From Candidatus Latescibacterota bacterium (GTDB taxonomy: Bacteria; Latescibacterota; UBA2968; UBA8231), in the NCBI GenBank assembly GCA_965242865.1, contig CBDETK010000013.1, forward strand, positions 5,120,001-5,184,000: a stretch of 64,000 bases of DNA, written 5' to 3'. Below are positions 47,201-56,248 of this stretch, in pieces. A program made the position numbers and the translations under genes. Position 1 is the first letter of the stretch. Each line of letters starts with the position of its first letter. Under the pieces are notes generated by a model. That model saw nothing but the letters and a program-made list of their open reading frames with translations, was not told the origin of the DNA and did not search any database.

Positions 47201-47418
47201 ACGCCGGCCTAGCCGTGGCCGACCGCATCCACGTCTGGGTGCGCGGCGCGGCCGCTTTAGAGGAGGCGGTTCAGCAGCACCGTCCGTACATCGCCGCCGA
47301 GACCCTAGCGCGGGCTCTCTACCTTGGGGAATTGCCCCAAGCGGCACTCGTACAACAGGAGTGGCAGGTCAACGGCCACGACGGCACGATTGCCATTGCT
47401 AGAGTAGAGCCTGCGTGA
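44254..47418 (+). CDS. ileS: Isoleucyl-tRNA synthetase (IleRS2 type)
   Basis: YDGPPFATG.PHYGH, WTTTPWTLP, GTGIVH.AP.FG.DD, DWAVSRNRYWG, KLSKR, NWYIRRSRRRFW. Confidence 0.97.
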   Translation: MAPPTPFAPAPARVDFPAQERRILQFWRDGNLYRKSVDARPVERPFRFYDGPPFATGRPHYGHLLASITKDVVPRYWTMRGYRVERRWGWDCHGLPIENEAEQQLGLRSRRDILEYGVSQFNEFCRGLVLHYTAEWQQLIERLGRWVDWDDQYRTMDPDFMESVWWVFKSLWDQGLIYEGYKSLAYCPRCATPLSNFEVNQGYQDTQDPSITVRFRVAGEPRLSLLAWTTTPWTLPANMGLAIGRDIDYVRVTTGDGEQLILAASLVESHFRQPASDIADATPVAVEDLVGLRYEPLFDYFADRAEEGAFRVVPADFVSTDDGTGIVHIAPGFGEDDYQLGLAQGLPVVCPIDADCCFTAELPDWAGTFVKDTDAPIIRRLRASGQLFSASTIEHSYPFCWRCDSPLIYRTISTWFVKIEGAVKEKMRAANQQIWWIPEHIRDGRFGKGIESAPDWAVSRNRYWGTPLPIWRNQETGEAVCVGSRRELCELTGRDIEDLHKHFIDDLEIPAPSGNGSLRRVPEVLDCWFESGSMPYAQTHYPFGRPEDFKRSFPADFISENLDMTRGWFYTLTVLAAALFDEPAFHNCIVGGMLLAADGRKLSKRLKNYPDPADMLDTYGADAVRLYLLNSPAMKAEELRFTEEGLKQSLRDVIIPLWNAYSFFVTYAAIDGWTPAKDRARTLDHHLDRWILSELQTLLRDLNAEMEAYRLYRTVPAMVAFIEKLTNWYIRRSRRRFWKSEDDQDKDAAYYTLYRVLTTFIKALAPVLPFITEAIYQNLVRRVDAKAPESVHLCDMPQADEGLRDAALEQQMGLATKAVVLGRSLRSKHALKVRQPLRRLWLLPPNGHSHHGLEQMTDLLADELNVKKVVLVEDATEFSEVSYRPDFRALGPRFGKQMPAVVARIQALTAEEVHLLERGGQLAVAGGQLGLADIVVQRREKEGVVVALDNNLGVGLDIQLDDELIAECTAREFVNRVQYMRKDAGLAVADRIHVWVRGAAALEEAVQQHRPYIAAETLARALYLGELPQAALVQQEWQVNGHDGTIAIARVEPA

Positions 47419-47447
47419 CAATCAGACGACGCGAAGAGAGGAAAAAA

Positions 47448-47852
47448 ATGGACGACCAACCTAAACGGATGGACAAAGAACAGCTCGATTTTTTTAAGCA
47501 GTTATTACTGAAAAAAATAGCCCAGACCGCAGACGACGTCGAAGCCATTGAAAACACGGCACGCAACGAAGCCCGGGAAATGGCCTCTGAAGACCGCTCC
47601 ACGTACTCCCTACACATGGCCGACCACGGGACCGACGCCATGGAGCGCGAAAAATCCCTGCTCCTCGCCCAGCGCGGTGGCGATTACATCGACTACTTAA
47701 ACGAGGCCCTGCAACGCATTGACGACGGCACCTTTGGCATCTGCCGCACCTGCAAGCGGCCCATCGGCCGCGGCCGCCTAGAGGCCGTGCCCACCGCCAC
47801 CCAGTGCATTAGCTGCAAGTCCAAGCGCGAGGAGGCGTCGGACTTAGAGTGA
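47448..47852 (+). CDS. dksA: DksA/TraR C4 zinc-finger protein
   Basis: HMAD.GTD..ERE, AL.RI..GTFGIC..C..PI...RLEAVP.A..CI.C. Alternative GTG start at 47415. Confidence 0.88.
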   Translation: MDDQPKRMDKEQLDFFKQLLLKKIAQTADDVEAIENTARNEAREMASEDRSTYSLHMADHGTDAMEREKSLLLAQRGGDYIDYLNEALQRIDDGTFGICRTCKRPIGRGRLEAVPTATQCISCKSKREEASDLE

Positions 47853-48313
47853 CATTTCTGTGGATCATACCGCTGGCCGTGGCCCTCGATCAAGCCAGCA
47901 AACTCATCGTCCGCGGCTCCATGACCCTGTACCAGTCCGAGCCGGTGCTGGGCGACTTTTTCCGCCTGACGTACATCCACAACCCAGGCGCGGCCTTCGG
48001 GCTGAACCTGGGCAGCCCGCTTTTGCACACCGCCTTCTCGGTCCTCGCCCTCGGCGTCCTCATTTATCTCTATCGCTCGCTCGCCGCCGACGAGCGGCTC
48101 TCGCGCCTAGCCCTCTGCCTAGTCCTAGGCGGCGCCGTGGGCAACATCATCGACCGCCTGTACTTGGGGGAAGTGGTGGATTTTTTCGACTTCGGCCTCG
48201 GGGATTTGCGCTGGCCGATTTTCAACGTGGCTGATTCCTGCGTCACCGTCGGCGTCTTGCTCTTGGCCTTGGGGTACTCGCGCCGCGACAAGACCCCGGC
48301 CGCCCCCGGCTAA
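47849..48313 (+). CDS. lspA: Lipoprotein signal peptidase II
   Basis: DQASK, N.GAAFG, GGAVGNIIDR, VVDF, FNVADS. Confidence 0.96.
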   Translation: MTFLWIIPLAVALDQASKLIVRGSMTLYQSEPVLGDFFRLTYIHNPGAAFGLNLGSPLLHTAFSVLALGVLIYLYRSLAADERLSRLALCLVLGGAVGNIIDRLYLGEVVDFFDFGLGDLRWPIFNVADSCVTVGVLLLALGYSRRDKTPAAPG

Positions 48314-49266
48314 TGCACCTCGCCGTGGCCGCGGGGACGCCCGAGCGGCTCGACCTGTTTCTGCGCCGCCGCTATCTCCAGCTTTCTCGCAACCGCATCC
48401 AAACGCTGATCAAATCTGGGGCGATTCGCGTCAATGGCGCGCCGACGCGCCCGGCGTATTTGGTCCAGCCCGGGGACGAAATCGCCGTCGAGCTGCCCGC
48501 GCCCGCGCCGCTCGCCGCGCAGCCCGAGCCCCTGCCCCTGTCCATCGCGTACGAAGACGACGACCTGCTGGTCGTGAACAAGGCGGCCGGGATGACCGTG
48601 CATCCGGCCCCGGGCGCGGCCGAGGGGACGCTCGTCAACGCGCTGTTGCATCACTGCCGCAACCTGTCGGGCATCAACGGCGTGTGCCGGCCGGGGATCG
48701 TCCACCGGCTCGACAAGGACACCAGCGGCTTGCTGCTAGTGGCCAAGCGCGACGCTGCCCATCGGCAGCTCGCCCACAGCCTGCAAGCGCGGCAGATTGA
48801 GCGCTGTTATCTCGCTCTCGTGTGGGGGGCGATGCGGGAGGCCGAGGGCCGGGTCGAGGCCCCGATTGGCCGCCATCCCAAGAATCGCAAAAAAATGGCG
48901 GTGGTCGCTGGCGGGCGAGCCGCGGCCACGCGCTTCAAGGTGGCCGAGCGTTTCCCCTTTACCAACCTAGTCGAATGCCGCCTAGAGACCGGACGGACGC
49001 ACCAAATCCGCGTGCATCTGGCCCATATCGGCCACCCGGTGTTCGGCGACCCGGTGTATGGAGGCCGCGATCAAGCGCGGGGCATTCGCCCGGAATACCA
49101 GCGTCAAGCCAAGTGGATGCTGACCCTGATCAAACGCCAAGCCCTGCACGCGTACGCGCTGCGCTTCACCCATCCGACGACCGGGGAAGCCCTGGCGTTT
49201 AGGGCCGAGCCGCCGGAGGACATGCGGGCGGTGGTGGCCGCGGCGCGGGTGCGCTCGCTACCCTAG
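48313..49266 (+). CDS. rluD: RluA-family pseudouridine synthase with S4 domain
   Basis: RLD..L, VNK.AGM.VHP, GIVHRLDKDTSG, LETGRTHQIRVH, RQALHA. Confidence 0.92.
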   Translation: MHLAVAAGTPERLDLFLRRRYLQLSRNRIQTLIKSGAIRVNGAPTRPAYLVQPGDEIAVELPAPAPLAAQPEPLPLSIAYEDDDLLVVNKAAGMTVHPAPGAAEGTLVNALLHHCRNLSGINGVCRPGIVHRLDKDTSGLLLVAKRDAAHRQLAHSLQARQIERCYLALVWGAMREAEGRVEAPIGRHPKNRKKMAVVAGGRAAATRFKVAERFPFTNLVECRLETGRTHQIRVHLAHIGHPVFGDPVYGGRDQARGIRPEYQRQAKWMLTLIKRQALHAYALRFTHPTTGEALAFRAEPPEDMRAVVAAARVRSLP

Positions 49267-49310
49267 CCCTCGTCACCGTTGAGGCTGTATCGCTACATTG
49301 CGTTGGGGAA

Positions 49311-51704
49311 TTATTCGTTCCGGATCGTCTGCACTGGATTTGTCTGCACTGCTTTGCCGGTTTGCAAAACGACGGTGCCGATAACGGTCAGGCCCTGAAT
49401 CAGACTACCCAACAAAAACTCCCACCCAACGGTATCAATCCGATACGCAAAATGCGGTAGCCAAGCCTGATTGGTCATATAGGCGACCGGCCAAGCAATC
49501 AAATTGGCGACGACCAGCCAGACCAGAACGGGTTTCATCAGCAAATACACCAAACCGGAGGAAGAAGCCCCCAGCACTTTGCGAATGCCGATCTCCTTCG
49601 TGCGCTGTTCAACCGAAAAAGAGGCGAGCCCCAACACACCCAAGCAAATGATTGCAATCGACAAGGTGCTGAAAAAGCCGATCAGCCGAAAAATTTGCTC
49701 TTCTTCGCGGTAGAATTGGTCGAACACTTCGTCGAGAAAGTAGTATTGAAAGGGCTCGTTGGGCACGAACTCGTGCGTCTTGGCTTCGAGGAACGCCAAG
49801 GCACCGGACAAGTCTCTTGGGTCGATTCGGACCGTAAGATATTTAATAATAAGTTGGTTCCGCTCCCACCGTAGACCAATTACCAGCGGTTCGATAGGAT
49901 GGTGCAAGGACTGGTAGTGAAAATCCTTGACTACGCCGATCACCTTGCTCGAAGCGGACCGACGCTGTGGCATAGAGATGTATTCCAAGCGTTTGCCGAC
50001 CGGGTTTTTCCACCCCAAGAACTGGGCGGCCGATTCGTTGATGATGAAGGCCTCATGCTCATCTGAGGGAAAGTCGGCTGAAAAATCGCGCCCGGCGATG
50101 AGCTTCAAACCCATGGTTTCCAGATAGGTATAACCGCCCTGAATATTATTCATAGTTACAGCATCCTGTCCCTCCGGAATAAATCTGCCCGAACCATCCG
50201 CGACACCGGGAGGTCCGTAAGTACCGGATATGTTCAAAATCCTCGGATCCTGCAAATACTCTGCAATGGGCACTGGATGGAAGACCTTCGCGGGAATTAC
50301 GACTACCTGTTCCCGATCAAACCCCAAGTCTTGGCTTCGCACGAATTCCAATTGGTGGCGCAAGGCGAGCGTGGTGATAATGAGGACGATGGAGAGCACG
50401 AACTGGAAAATGATCAGCGTTCTTCTTAGGAGACTGACCGAGGCTCCACTTTGGTTGTGTCCTCCCAAAGTGGCCGAGGGGTTGAACTTGGCCAAGAAAA
50501 AGGCGGGATACAAACCAGCAATCAGACCGATGCACGCGATAGCAGCGAATAGCCAGAGACCATATTCTATCGCAAGGCGGAAAGCATCTATCTCTACATC
50601 CGGCCCAATAAACCTACTTACATAAGGCCACGAACACAGCACCAACACCAGACTGACCAAGAAAGCAAAGAACGTCAAAAAAAGTGTTTCACCCAAAAAC
50701 TGCTGAACCAACTGCGACTGCACACTGCCCAGTGCCTTCCGCAGCCCCACTTCTTTCGCCCGTGTGGTAAACCGAAAGGTTGAAAAATTGACATAATTGA
50801 TACACACAATAAGCAAAATGACCAGCGCAATGCCTATCAAAAGGTACAGGTATCGGACATCTCGGTTGGGGCTCAATTCCTTCTCAAAAGGGGGCTGGAG
50901 GTGGATGTCTTGTAAAGATTGAAGAAAAAGTTGCTTCTCCCAGCCCCATTCTTCCACGTTGTATTTGTGTCGTTCCAAAAAATCGGGAAATTTGTTCTCT
51001 AAAACCTCTGGCGAGGCGTTTTCGGCCAGCCGAATGTAAGTGTGGTACCAAGATTCACTCATGCCCCTGCGGAGCCTAAGGCTGTTTATCGACGCGACAA
51101 AATCAAAATTGAAGTGGGTGTTAGACGGAAGGTCTTGGACCACGCCCGTAACAAGGAACTCTTGTGTACTAATTCCACCTACTCCCATGTGCAGGGTTTT
51201 ACCCACAGGGCTGTCGTTCCCGAAGTACTTCGCGGCAGTCTGTTCCGTCAATACAACGGAATAGGGGGCCTCCAGCACCGTCTGTGCATCGCCTTCTTTC
51301 AGAGGAAAGGAGAAAAACTCAAAAAACGTCGGGTCTGTGAAATAAACCTGATCCTCCAAGAAGTATTTGTCTTGATAATGGACGGATACGACCGCTAGGT
51401 AGCGATGGACGCGTACAATGTCTTCGATTTCTGGAAAATCGCTTTTCAATAAAGAGGCCATGGAGTGCTCGGCTGAAGCATAACTAGACCGCGTACCTGT
51501 CCGTTTTTCGACCATGTCACTTCTAACTCGATACAGCCGCTCTGCGTCTTTGTGGAAGGCGTCGTAGCTCATCTCATGCGCGATAAAGACAAATACTATA
51601 ATGAAGCAGGCAAAACCGATCGCGAGGCCCAACACACTGATCGACGAGTGCATTTTGTAGCGAAAGAGGCTCCGCAGTGCCAACGTCAAGTAACTTCGCA
51701 GCAT
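49311..51704 (-). CDS. ABC transporter permease (duplicated MacB/FtsX domains)
   Basis: INV.GLAIG-like start, R.KEVGLRK.LG, QF.LS..L, VGVVKDFH..SL, RTKEIGIRKVLGA, NPV..IRNE. More AT-rich than the flanks. Confidence 0.92.
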   Translation of the reverse strand: MLRSYLTLALRSLFRYKMHSSISVLGLAIGFACFIIVFVFIAHEMSYDAFHKDAERLYRVRSDMVEKRTGTRSSYASAEHSMASLLKSDFPEIEDIVRVHRYLAVVSVHYQDKYFLEDQVYFTDPTFFEFFSFPLKEGDAQTVLEAPYSVVLTEQTAAKYFGNDSPVGKTLHMGVGGISTQEFLVTGVVQDLPSNTHFNFDFVASINSLRLRRGMSESWYHTYIRLAENASPEVLENKFPDFLERHKYNVEEWGWEKQLFLQSLQDIHLQPPFEKELSPNRDVRYLYLLIGIALVILLIVCINYVNFSTFRFTTRAKEVGLRKALGSVQSQLVQQFLGETLFLTFFAFLVSLVLVLCSWPYVSRFIGPDVEIDAFRLAIEYGLWLFAAIACIGLIAGLYPAFFLAKFNPSATLGGHNQSGASVSLLRRTLIIFQFVLSIVLIITTLALRHQLEFVRSQDLGFDREQVVVIPAKVFHPVPIAEYLQDPRILNISGTYGPPGVADGSGRFIPEGQDAVTMNNIQGGYTYLETMGLKLIAGRDFSADFPSDEHEAFIINESAAQFLGWKNPVGKRLEYISMPQRRSASSKVIGVVKDFHYQSLHHPIEPLVIGLRWERNQLIIKYLTVRIDPRDLSGALAFLEAKTHEFVPNEPFQYYFLDEVFDQFYREEEQIFRLIGFFSTLSIAIICLGVLGLASFSVEQRTKEIGIRKVLGASSSGLVYLLMKPVLVWLVVANLIAWPVAYMTNQAWLPHFAYRIDTVGWEFLLGSLIQGLTVIGTVVLQTGKAVQTNPVQTIRNE

Positions 51705-51832
51705 AATAATTTAGCTCCTTAGAGGCTATATGAAGTGGCCAGCCGTCATTGACGCGGTGTATGAAAAGCGTCTAGCGCTATCAACACCCCGTAGAGGCTG
51801 TTGCGGAAGCCATGCTACCAGCCACAGACCGG

Positions 51833-52579
51833 CTAGCCGAACAGTTTTAAGGCCCCGATTAGGCCCCACGTCGCCACGTGCAGGACAATGATCCACCGCA
51901 AGAGCTCTTTGCGCGTGTCGTCAATGGCTTGGTGGTTGGCGTCAATCTTCGTCTCAAGCTCTTGGCGCGTGACGTCGATCTTCGTTTCGAGCTCTTGGCG
52001 GTTGGCGTCGATCTTCGTCTCAAGCGCCTCCCGCGTGTTGTCAATGGCTTGGCGGTTGGCGTCGATCTTCACTTCAAGCTCTTTGCGCGTGACGTCGATC
52101 TTCGTTTCGAGCTCTTGGCGGTTGGCGTCGATCTTCGTCTCAAGCGCCTCCCGCGTGTTGTCAATGGCTTGGCGGTTGGCGTCGATCTTCACTTCAAGCT
52201 CTTTGCGCGTGACGTCGATTTCCGTTTCAAGCGCCTCCCGCGTCGCCTCAATGGCTTGGCGGTTGGCGTCAATCTTCGTTTCGAGCTCTTGGCGGTTGGC
52301 GTCGATCTTCGTTTCAAGCTCTTGGCGCGAGACTTTGAGCTCCGTTTCAAGCGCCTCCCGCGTGTTGTCAATGGCTTGGTGGTTGGCGTCGATCTTCGTT
52401 TCAAGCTCTTGGCGCGAGACTTTGAGCTCCGTTTCAAGCGCCTCCCGCGTCGCGTCCAGCTTCGTTTCGACGCGGCCTAGCCGGACATCGACTTGCTCAA
52501 TAATGCCTTCGAGTCGGGCGATGCGCCCTTCGTGATCCAACGGATAGGGCCGCGCCGGCGGCAAAGAAGGTTCAGTCAT
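51833..52579 (-). CDS. Membrane-anchored coiled-coil repeat protein (CCDC90/DUF1640-like)
   Basis: E.RIARLEG head, tandem 11- and 18-aa units, C-terminal LLRWIIV...TM segment, AAGGAG RBS. Confidence 0.75.
   Translation of the reverse strand: MTEPSLPPARPYPLDHEGRIARLEGIIEQVDVRLGRVETKLDATREALETELKVSRQELETKIDANHQAIDNTREALETELKVSRQELETKIDANRQELETKIDANRQAIEATREALETEIDVTRKELEVKIDANRQAIDNTREALETKIDANRQELETKIDVTRKELEVKIDANRQAIDNTREALETKIDANRQELETKIDVTRQELETKIDANHQAIDDTRKELLRWIIVLHVATWGLIGALKLFG
51900..52470. repeat. Intragenic 33/54-bp tandem repeats with 120-bp and 87-bp higher-order units
   Basis: Lines starting 52021 and 52141 are identical. GTCGATCTTCGTTTC-type units recur throughout. Confidence 0.92.
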
Positions 52580-52656
52580 AATCAAAGCTCCTTTTGATAG
52601 AGAACATAAGGACCAGTGGTTAGAATCATAGGGGGGCGCGTATCAAGCACCGCGCC

Positions 52657-53385
52657 TCACGCCTCCCCTTCCTCATCGCCGTACGCATGGCCGCCGAAAA
52701 TGGCCCGCAGTTCGGCCGCAGAGGTGGCTTGGCGCATCTTAGCCATGCGCTCGGCCTCGTGCTTTTGCAGGGCGCGGACGTTTTCCAACACCGCGCCGAG
52801 CTGGTCGGCGGGGAATTTCACCGCGCCGTTTTCATCCATGTGGACGATCTCGCCCGGGGCCACATCCATCCCAGCGACCGAGACCGGCACATTGACCGCG
52901 TGGACGGCTTGGGCACCGTGCCCCGCGGTGACGCCGCTGAGCAAGTACTGGAACTTCATCGGGCGAATTTCGTCGATGTCGCGCGAGGGGCCGTTGGAAA
53001 TCGCCCCGACACAACCGAGGGCCTGCATGGCAGTGGTCATGTTGCCGCCAGCCAAGCCGACCTTGCCCGCAATTTCGGGCGGAAACTTCTGCTGAAAAAC
53101 CAAGATCGTCGGCTTGGGCGAGGCGTCGAGGGCATCGAGGATGTCCATGAAGCTAACGCCGCTGTAATTGGGGTCGGGCAGGCCAAAGGTGCAGGTGACC
53201 GCGTAGCCGACCGTAGGGCCTAGCTCGGGATACATGCAGCGCAGCGACTGGTCGGTGTACCAGTTTTCGCTCCAAGGATTGTACAGCCCCAAGCACAAAG
53301 GGTCGCCCGGGTAGGTGGCGACGACGTTGGTAATGGAGGGCGTGTCAAAGTTCTTTAGCTCGGCGAGCATTTCTCGAGGGGTCAT
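52657..53385 (-). CDS. RraA/HMG aldolase-like protein
   Basis: DTPSITN, VGYAVT, G.RDIDE, V.VAGM.V.PG..VH.DENG.V. Confidence 0.85.
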   Translation of the reverse strand: MTPREMLAELKNFDTPSITNVVATYPGDPLCLGLYNPWSENWYTDQSLRCMYPELGPTVGYAVTCTFGLPDPNYSGVSFMDILDALDASPKPTILVFQQKFPPEIAGKVGLAGGNMTTAMQALGCVGAISNGPSRDIDEIRPMKFQYLLSGVTAGHGAQAVHAVNVPVSVAGMDVAPGEIVHMDENGAVKFPADQLGAVLENVRALQKHEAERMAKMRQATSAAELRAIFGGHAYGDEEGEA

Positions 53386-53442
53386 TGAAGGCTCCTGATT
53401 GGGGAATGGAACGTTGCGTTTTTCAATCGCGCACAGTACGCG

Positions 53443-54255
53443 TCAATGCTGGTCGCGCCGCGGCAAGATCGGCTGATTCTTCAGCTCGCGGATTAGCTCT
53501 ACAAGCCCCTCGGTCGCCGCGGCTAAGAATTGTTCGCCCTTTTCCCGCGAGGCTTTGGTCGCGTCGCCCACCACGCCGCTGGCCGTCTGCTGGCTCCAGT
53601 AGGGTATCAGCCGCGCCCCCGATCCCTCGGGATGCGTACCGGCCAACAGATCGGTGCGGAAGCTCGGCGACAGAGGCGAGCGCTCGTCAACGGCCTTGTC
53701 CATTTCGACGAGTTCCGGCTTGAGCGCGAGATAGAGCGAGGTCTCGTATTCGCCGGCGTGCGAAGTGCCGCCGTAGGACGAGTCGCGCAACTGGTTGCCC
53801 ACAGTTTTGGCGCGGCGCAAATCCCAGTGATTGACTGAGGCGCAGAGGATCCGGCCCTCGTATTCGAGGATGGTGAGGCGGGCTGCGAGATCGAGCGGCG
53901 AGGCGTTGGAGCCGTGGCCATTGACGATGAGGATGCGCTCAAAGCCGTGGTGGGCCAAGCTGCAACACACGTCCTTGACGTAGCGGATAAAGGTGTCCCA
54001 AGCAATGGTCAAGGTGCCGTGGAAATCTATATGGTGCGGGCTGTAGCCGTGGGTGACCGGCGGGGCGAGCACGGCTTCTTCCGGGATGCGGGCCACGGCG
54101 CGCTCGCATATCCCGTGGCACAGCACCACGTCCGTATCCACCGGCAGATGCGGGCCGTGATCTTCGTGAGTGGCAACGGGCAGCACGGCGACGCGGCCTT
54201 GTTCGGCGGCTTCTTTGGTCTCGTTCCAGATCATTTCAGCGTAGCGGTACTTCAC
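53443..54255 (-). CDS. Creatininase family amidohydrolase
   Basis: EDHGPHLPVDTD, GYSPHH..F.GT, VNGHGSN, HAGEYETS, SGVVGD...AS.EKG. Confidence 0.92.
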   Translation of the reverse strand: MKYRYAEMIWNETKEAAEQGRVAVLPVATHEDHGPHLPVDTDVVLCHGICERAVARIPEEAVLAPPVTHGYSPHHIDFHGTLTIAWDTFIRYVKDVCCSLAHHGFERILIVNGHGSNASPLDLAARLTILEYEGRILCASVNHWDLRRAKTVGNQLRDSSYGGTSHAGEYETSLYLALKPELVEMDKAVDERSPLSPSFRTDLLAGTHPEGSGARLIPYWSQQTASGVVGDATKASREKGEQFLAAATEGLVELIRELKNQPILPRRDQH

Positions 54256-54439
54256 AGCAGGTTGCTCCTTGGCGGGTAGGTGGAAATAGGGATGCGGAAA
54301 GAGATACGCAATGGGTCCAGCAGGGGCAAGCGGCGTTTGTGTTTAGTAGGAGGGATGCCTAGTTTACAAGCAGAGAACGACAGCGAAGGGGACAGCGTCG
54401 TTCAAAAGAAACGAAACATCTCATGGAGAAACCAAGAAA

Positions 54440-55534
54440 ATGAGCCGCAAGCTACGGGTGGGCGTCCTCTGCGGCGGGCGCTCGGCCGAACACGAGGTCT
54501 CGGTGATTTCAGCGCGGTCGATGTTGGAAGCCATTGACGAGGACAAGTACGAGCTGGTGATGATCGGCATCTCCAAGGAAGGACGCTGGCTGTCGACCGC
54601 GGACACCCAGCAGCTTCTGGCGTCTAGTCAGGTCCACGAGGACGGGCTGACGCCGGTGGTGCTGGACTATCTGGGGACGCGCACGCTCGTAGCGCAGCAA
54701 GGCGACGGGCAAGGCCAAGCCCTCGACGTAATTTTTCCGCTCTTGCACGGGCCTTACGGCGAGGACGGCACCGTGCAGGGCCTGATGGAACTGGCCAATA
54801 TCGCGTATGTGGGGGCCGGGGTCGTCGGCTCGGCCGTGGGCATGGACAAGGAGATGATGAAGCGGGTCTTTAAGGCCGAGGGGTTGCCGCAGGTGGCCTA
54901 TCAGGTGGTGCGGCGCAGCCGTTGGGAAAAAGACCGCGCCGGTGTGCAGGCCGCAATCGAGGCCGCGCTGGCCTATCCCGTCTTTGTCAAGCCGGTCAAT
55001 CTCGGTTCGAGCGTCGGGGTGAGCAGGGCCGGCGATGGGGCCGAGCTCGCGCAGGCCATTGACGAAGCCGCGCAATACGACTACAAGGTCGTAGTTGAGG
55101 CCGAAGCGAGCGGCTGCCGCGAAGTCGAGGTGGCGATCTTGGGCAATGAATCGCCCGAAGCGTCCATCGCCGGCGAGATCGTCCCCGGCAATGAGTTTTA
55201 CGACTACAACGCCAAATACATCGACGACAATTCCGATCTGATCATTCCAGCGCGGATCGCGCCAGCCACCCAAGCGGCCGTGCGCGCATTGGGCATCCGG
55301 GCCTTTCAGGCGGTGGAAGCTGCGGGGTTGGCGCGGGTCGATTTTTTTGTGCGCGAAAGCGACGAGGCGATTTTTGTCAACGAGATCAACACCATGCCGG
55401 GGTTTACGCCCATCAGCATGTATCCCAAGCTGTGGGAGGCGAGCGGGGTGAGCTACGGGGCGTTGATCGACCGGCTGATCCAGCTGGGGATCGAGCGGCA
55501 CGCGGACAAGCAGAAAACGAAGACGGCGCGGTAG
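54440..55534 (+). CDS. ddl: D-alanine--D-alanine ligase
   Basis: GGRSAEHEVS, LHGPYGEDG, FVKP...GSSVGV, FYDYNAKY, ARVDFF, NEINTMPGFT. Confidence 0.96.
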   Translation: MSRKLRVGVLCGGRSAEHEVSVISARSMLEAIDEDKYELVMIGISKEGRWLSTADTQQLLASSQVHEDGLTPVVLDYLGTRTLVAQQGDGQGQALDVIFPLLHGPYGEDGTVQGLMELANIAYVGAGVVGSAVGMDKEMMKRVFKAEGLPQVAYQVVRRSRWEKDRAGVQAAIEAALAYPVFVKPVNLGSSVGVSRAGDGAELAQAIDEAAQYDYKVVVEAEASGCREVEVAILGNESPEASIAGEIVPGNEFYDYNAKYIDDNSDLIIPARIAPATQAAVRALGIRAFQAVEAAGLARVDFFVRESDEAIFVNEINTMPGFTPISMYPKLWEASGVSYGALIDRLIQLGIERHADKQKTKTAR

Positions 55535-55538
55535 CTCT

Positions 55539-56246
55539 ATGCAGAAAGTGCGCTGGGAAAAGGGCCACGTCAGCAACCTGATTGCGCTCGCCCTGTTGGG
55601 GGGGGGCCTTTGGGGGCGCGGGGCGGGCGTCGGCGGCAGCGAGTGGGTGCTGGCGGTTGGGTTGTTTGGCTTTGCCGGCGGGGCGACCAACTGGTTGGCG
55701 GTAAAGATGCTCTTCGACCGAGTGCCGTTGCTGTACGGGTCGGGGGTGATTCCAGCGCGGTTTCGCGCCATCAGGGAAGCGGTCAAAGACGCCATCATGC
55801 GCTACTTTTTCGACGAGGAGTATCTAGCGCGCTTTTTCGCCGGGCAGGTCGCTGGCGAGGGCATCGAGGAAAAAGTGCAAAAGGTGCTAGCGTCCGCGGA
55901 GGTTGACGCGATCATCGACCGCAAGCTAGCCGAGTTGGCATCGTCGCCGCAGGGAATGATGATCCAGCTCGTGGGGACCCAGAAGGTCAAGCCGCTGGTC
56001 AAGCGGTTTGTGCTCGGAGTTGGGAGCGAGCTCGCGCCGCTGTTGACCGCAGGGGCCGGCTCCGAGGTCCAAGCAATCCGGGCGCAGGTTGACGAACTGC
56101 TAGAGACCAAGCTAGCCGAGCTGACGCCCGAACGAGTCAAGGCGATGATGGAGGAAGTAATCCGCGAGCACTTGGGCTGGCTGATCGTCTGGGGCAATGT
56201 GTTCGGCGGCACGATTGGACTGTTATCCAAAGCACTGGGGTATTGA
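55539..56246 (+). CDS. DUF445 family membrane protein
   Basis: GG.TNWLAVKMLF..VP.LYGSGVIP and HLGWL.VWGNVFGG.IG. Confidence 0.85.
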   Translation: MQKVRWEKGHVSNLIALALLGGGLWGRGAGVGGSEWVLAVGLFGFAGGATNWLAVKMLFDRVPLLYGSGVIPARFRAIREAVKDAIMRYFFDEEYLARFFAGQVAGEGIEEKVQKVLASAEVDAIIDRKLAELASSPQGMMIQLVGTQKVKPLVKRFVLGVGSELAPLLTAGAGSEVQAIRAQVDELLETKLAELTPERVKAMMEEVIREHLGWLIVWGNVFGGTIGLLSKALGY

Positions 56247-56248
56247 TC

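Noticed and set aside
51878-52535. Two long plus-strand ORFs, and a CRISPR-like appearance of the repeats
   Set aside because: They are antisense shadows of a coding repeat. Unit lengths are multiples of 3, there are no unique spacers and no cas genes.
53443-54255. Mycofactocin peptidase MftE
   Set aside because: No mftA/B/C or radical SAM gene in the window.
54375-54410. GAACGAC...GTCGTTC hairpin upstream of ddl
   Set aside because: A 7-bp stem with no U-tract or recognisable riboswitch motif; too weak to call.
54440-55534. Possible Van-type D-Ala-D-Lac ligase
   Set aside because: The omega loop is FYDYNAKY (Tyr type) and no vanH/vanX neighbours are present.
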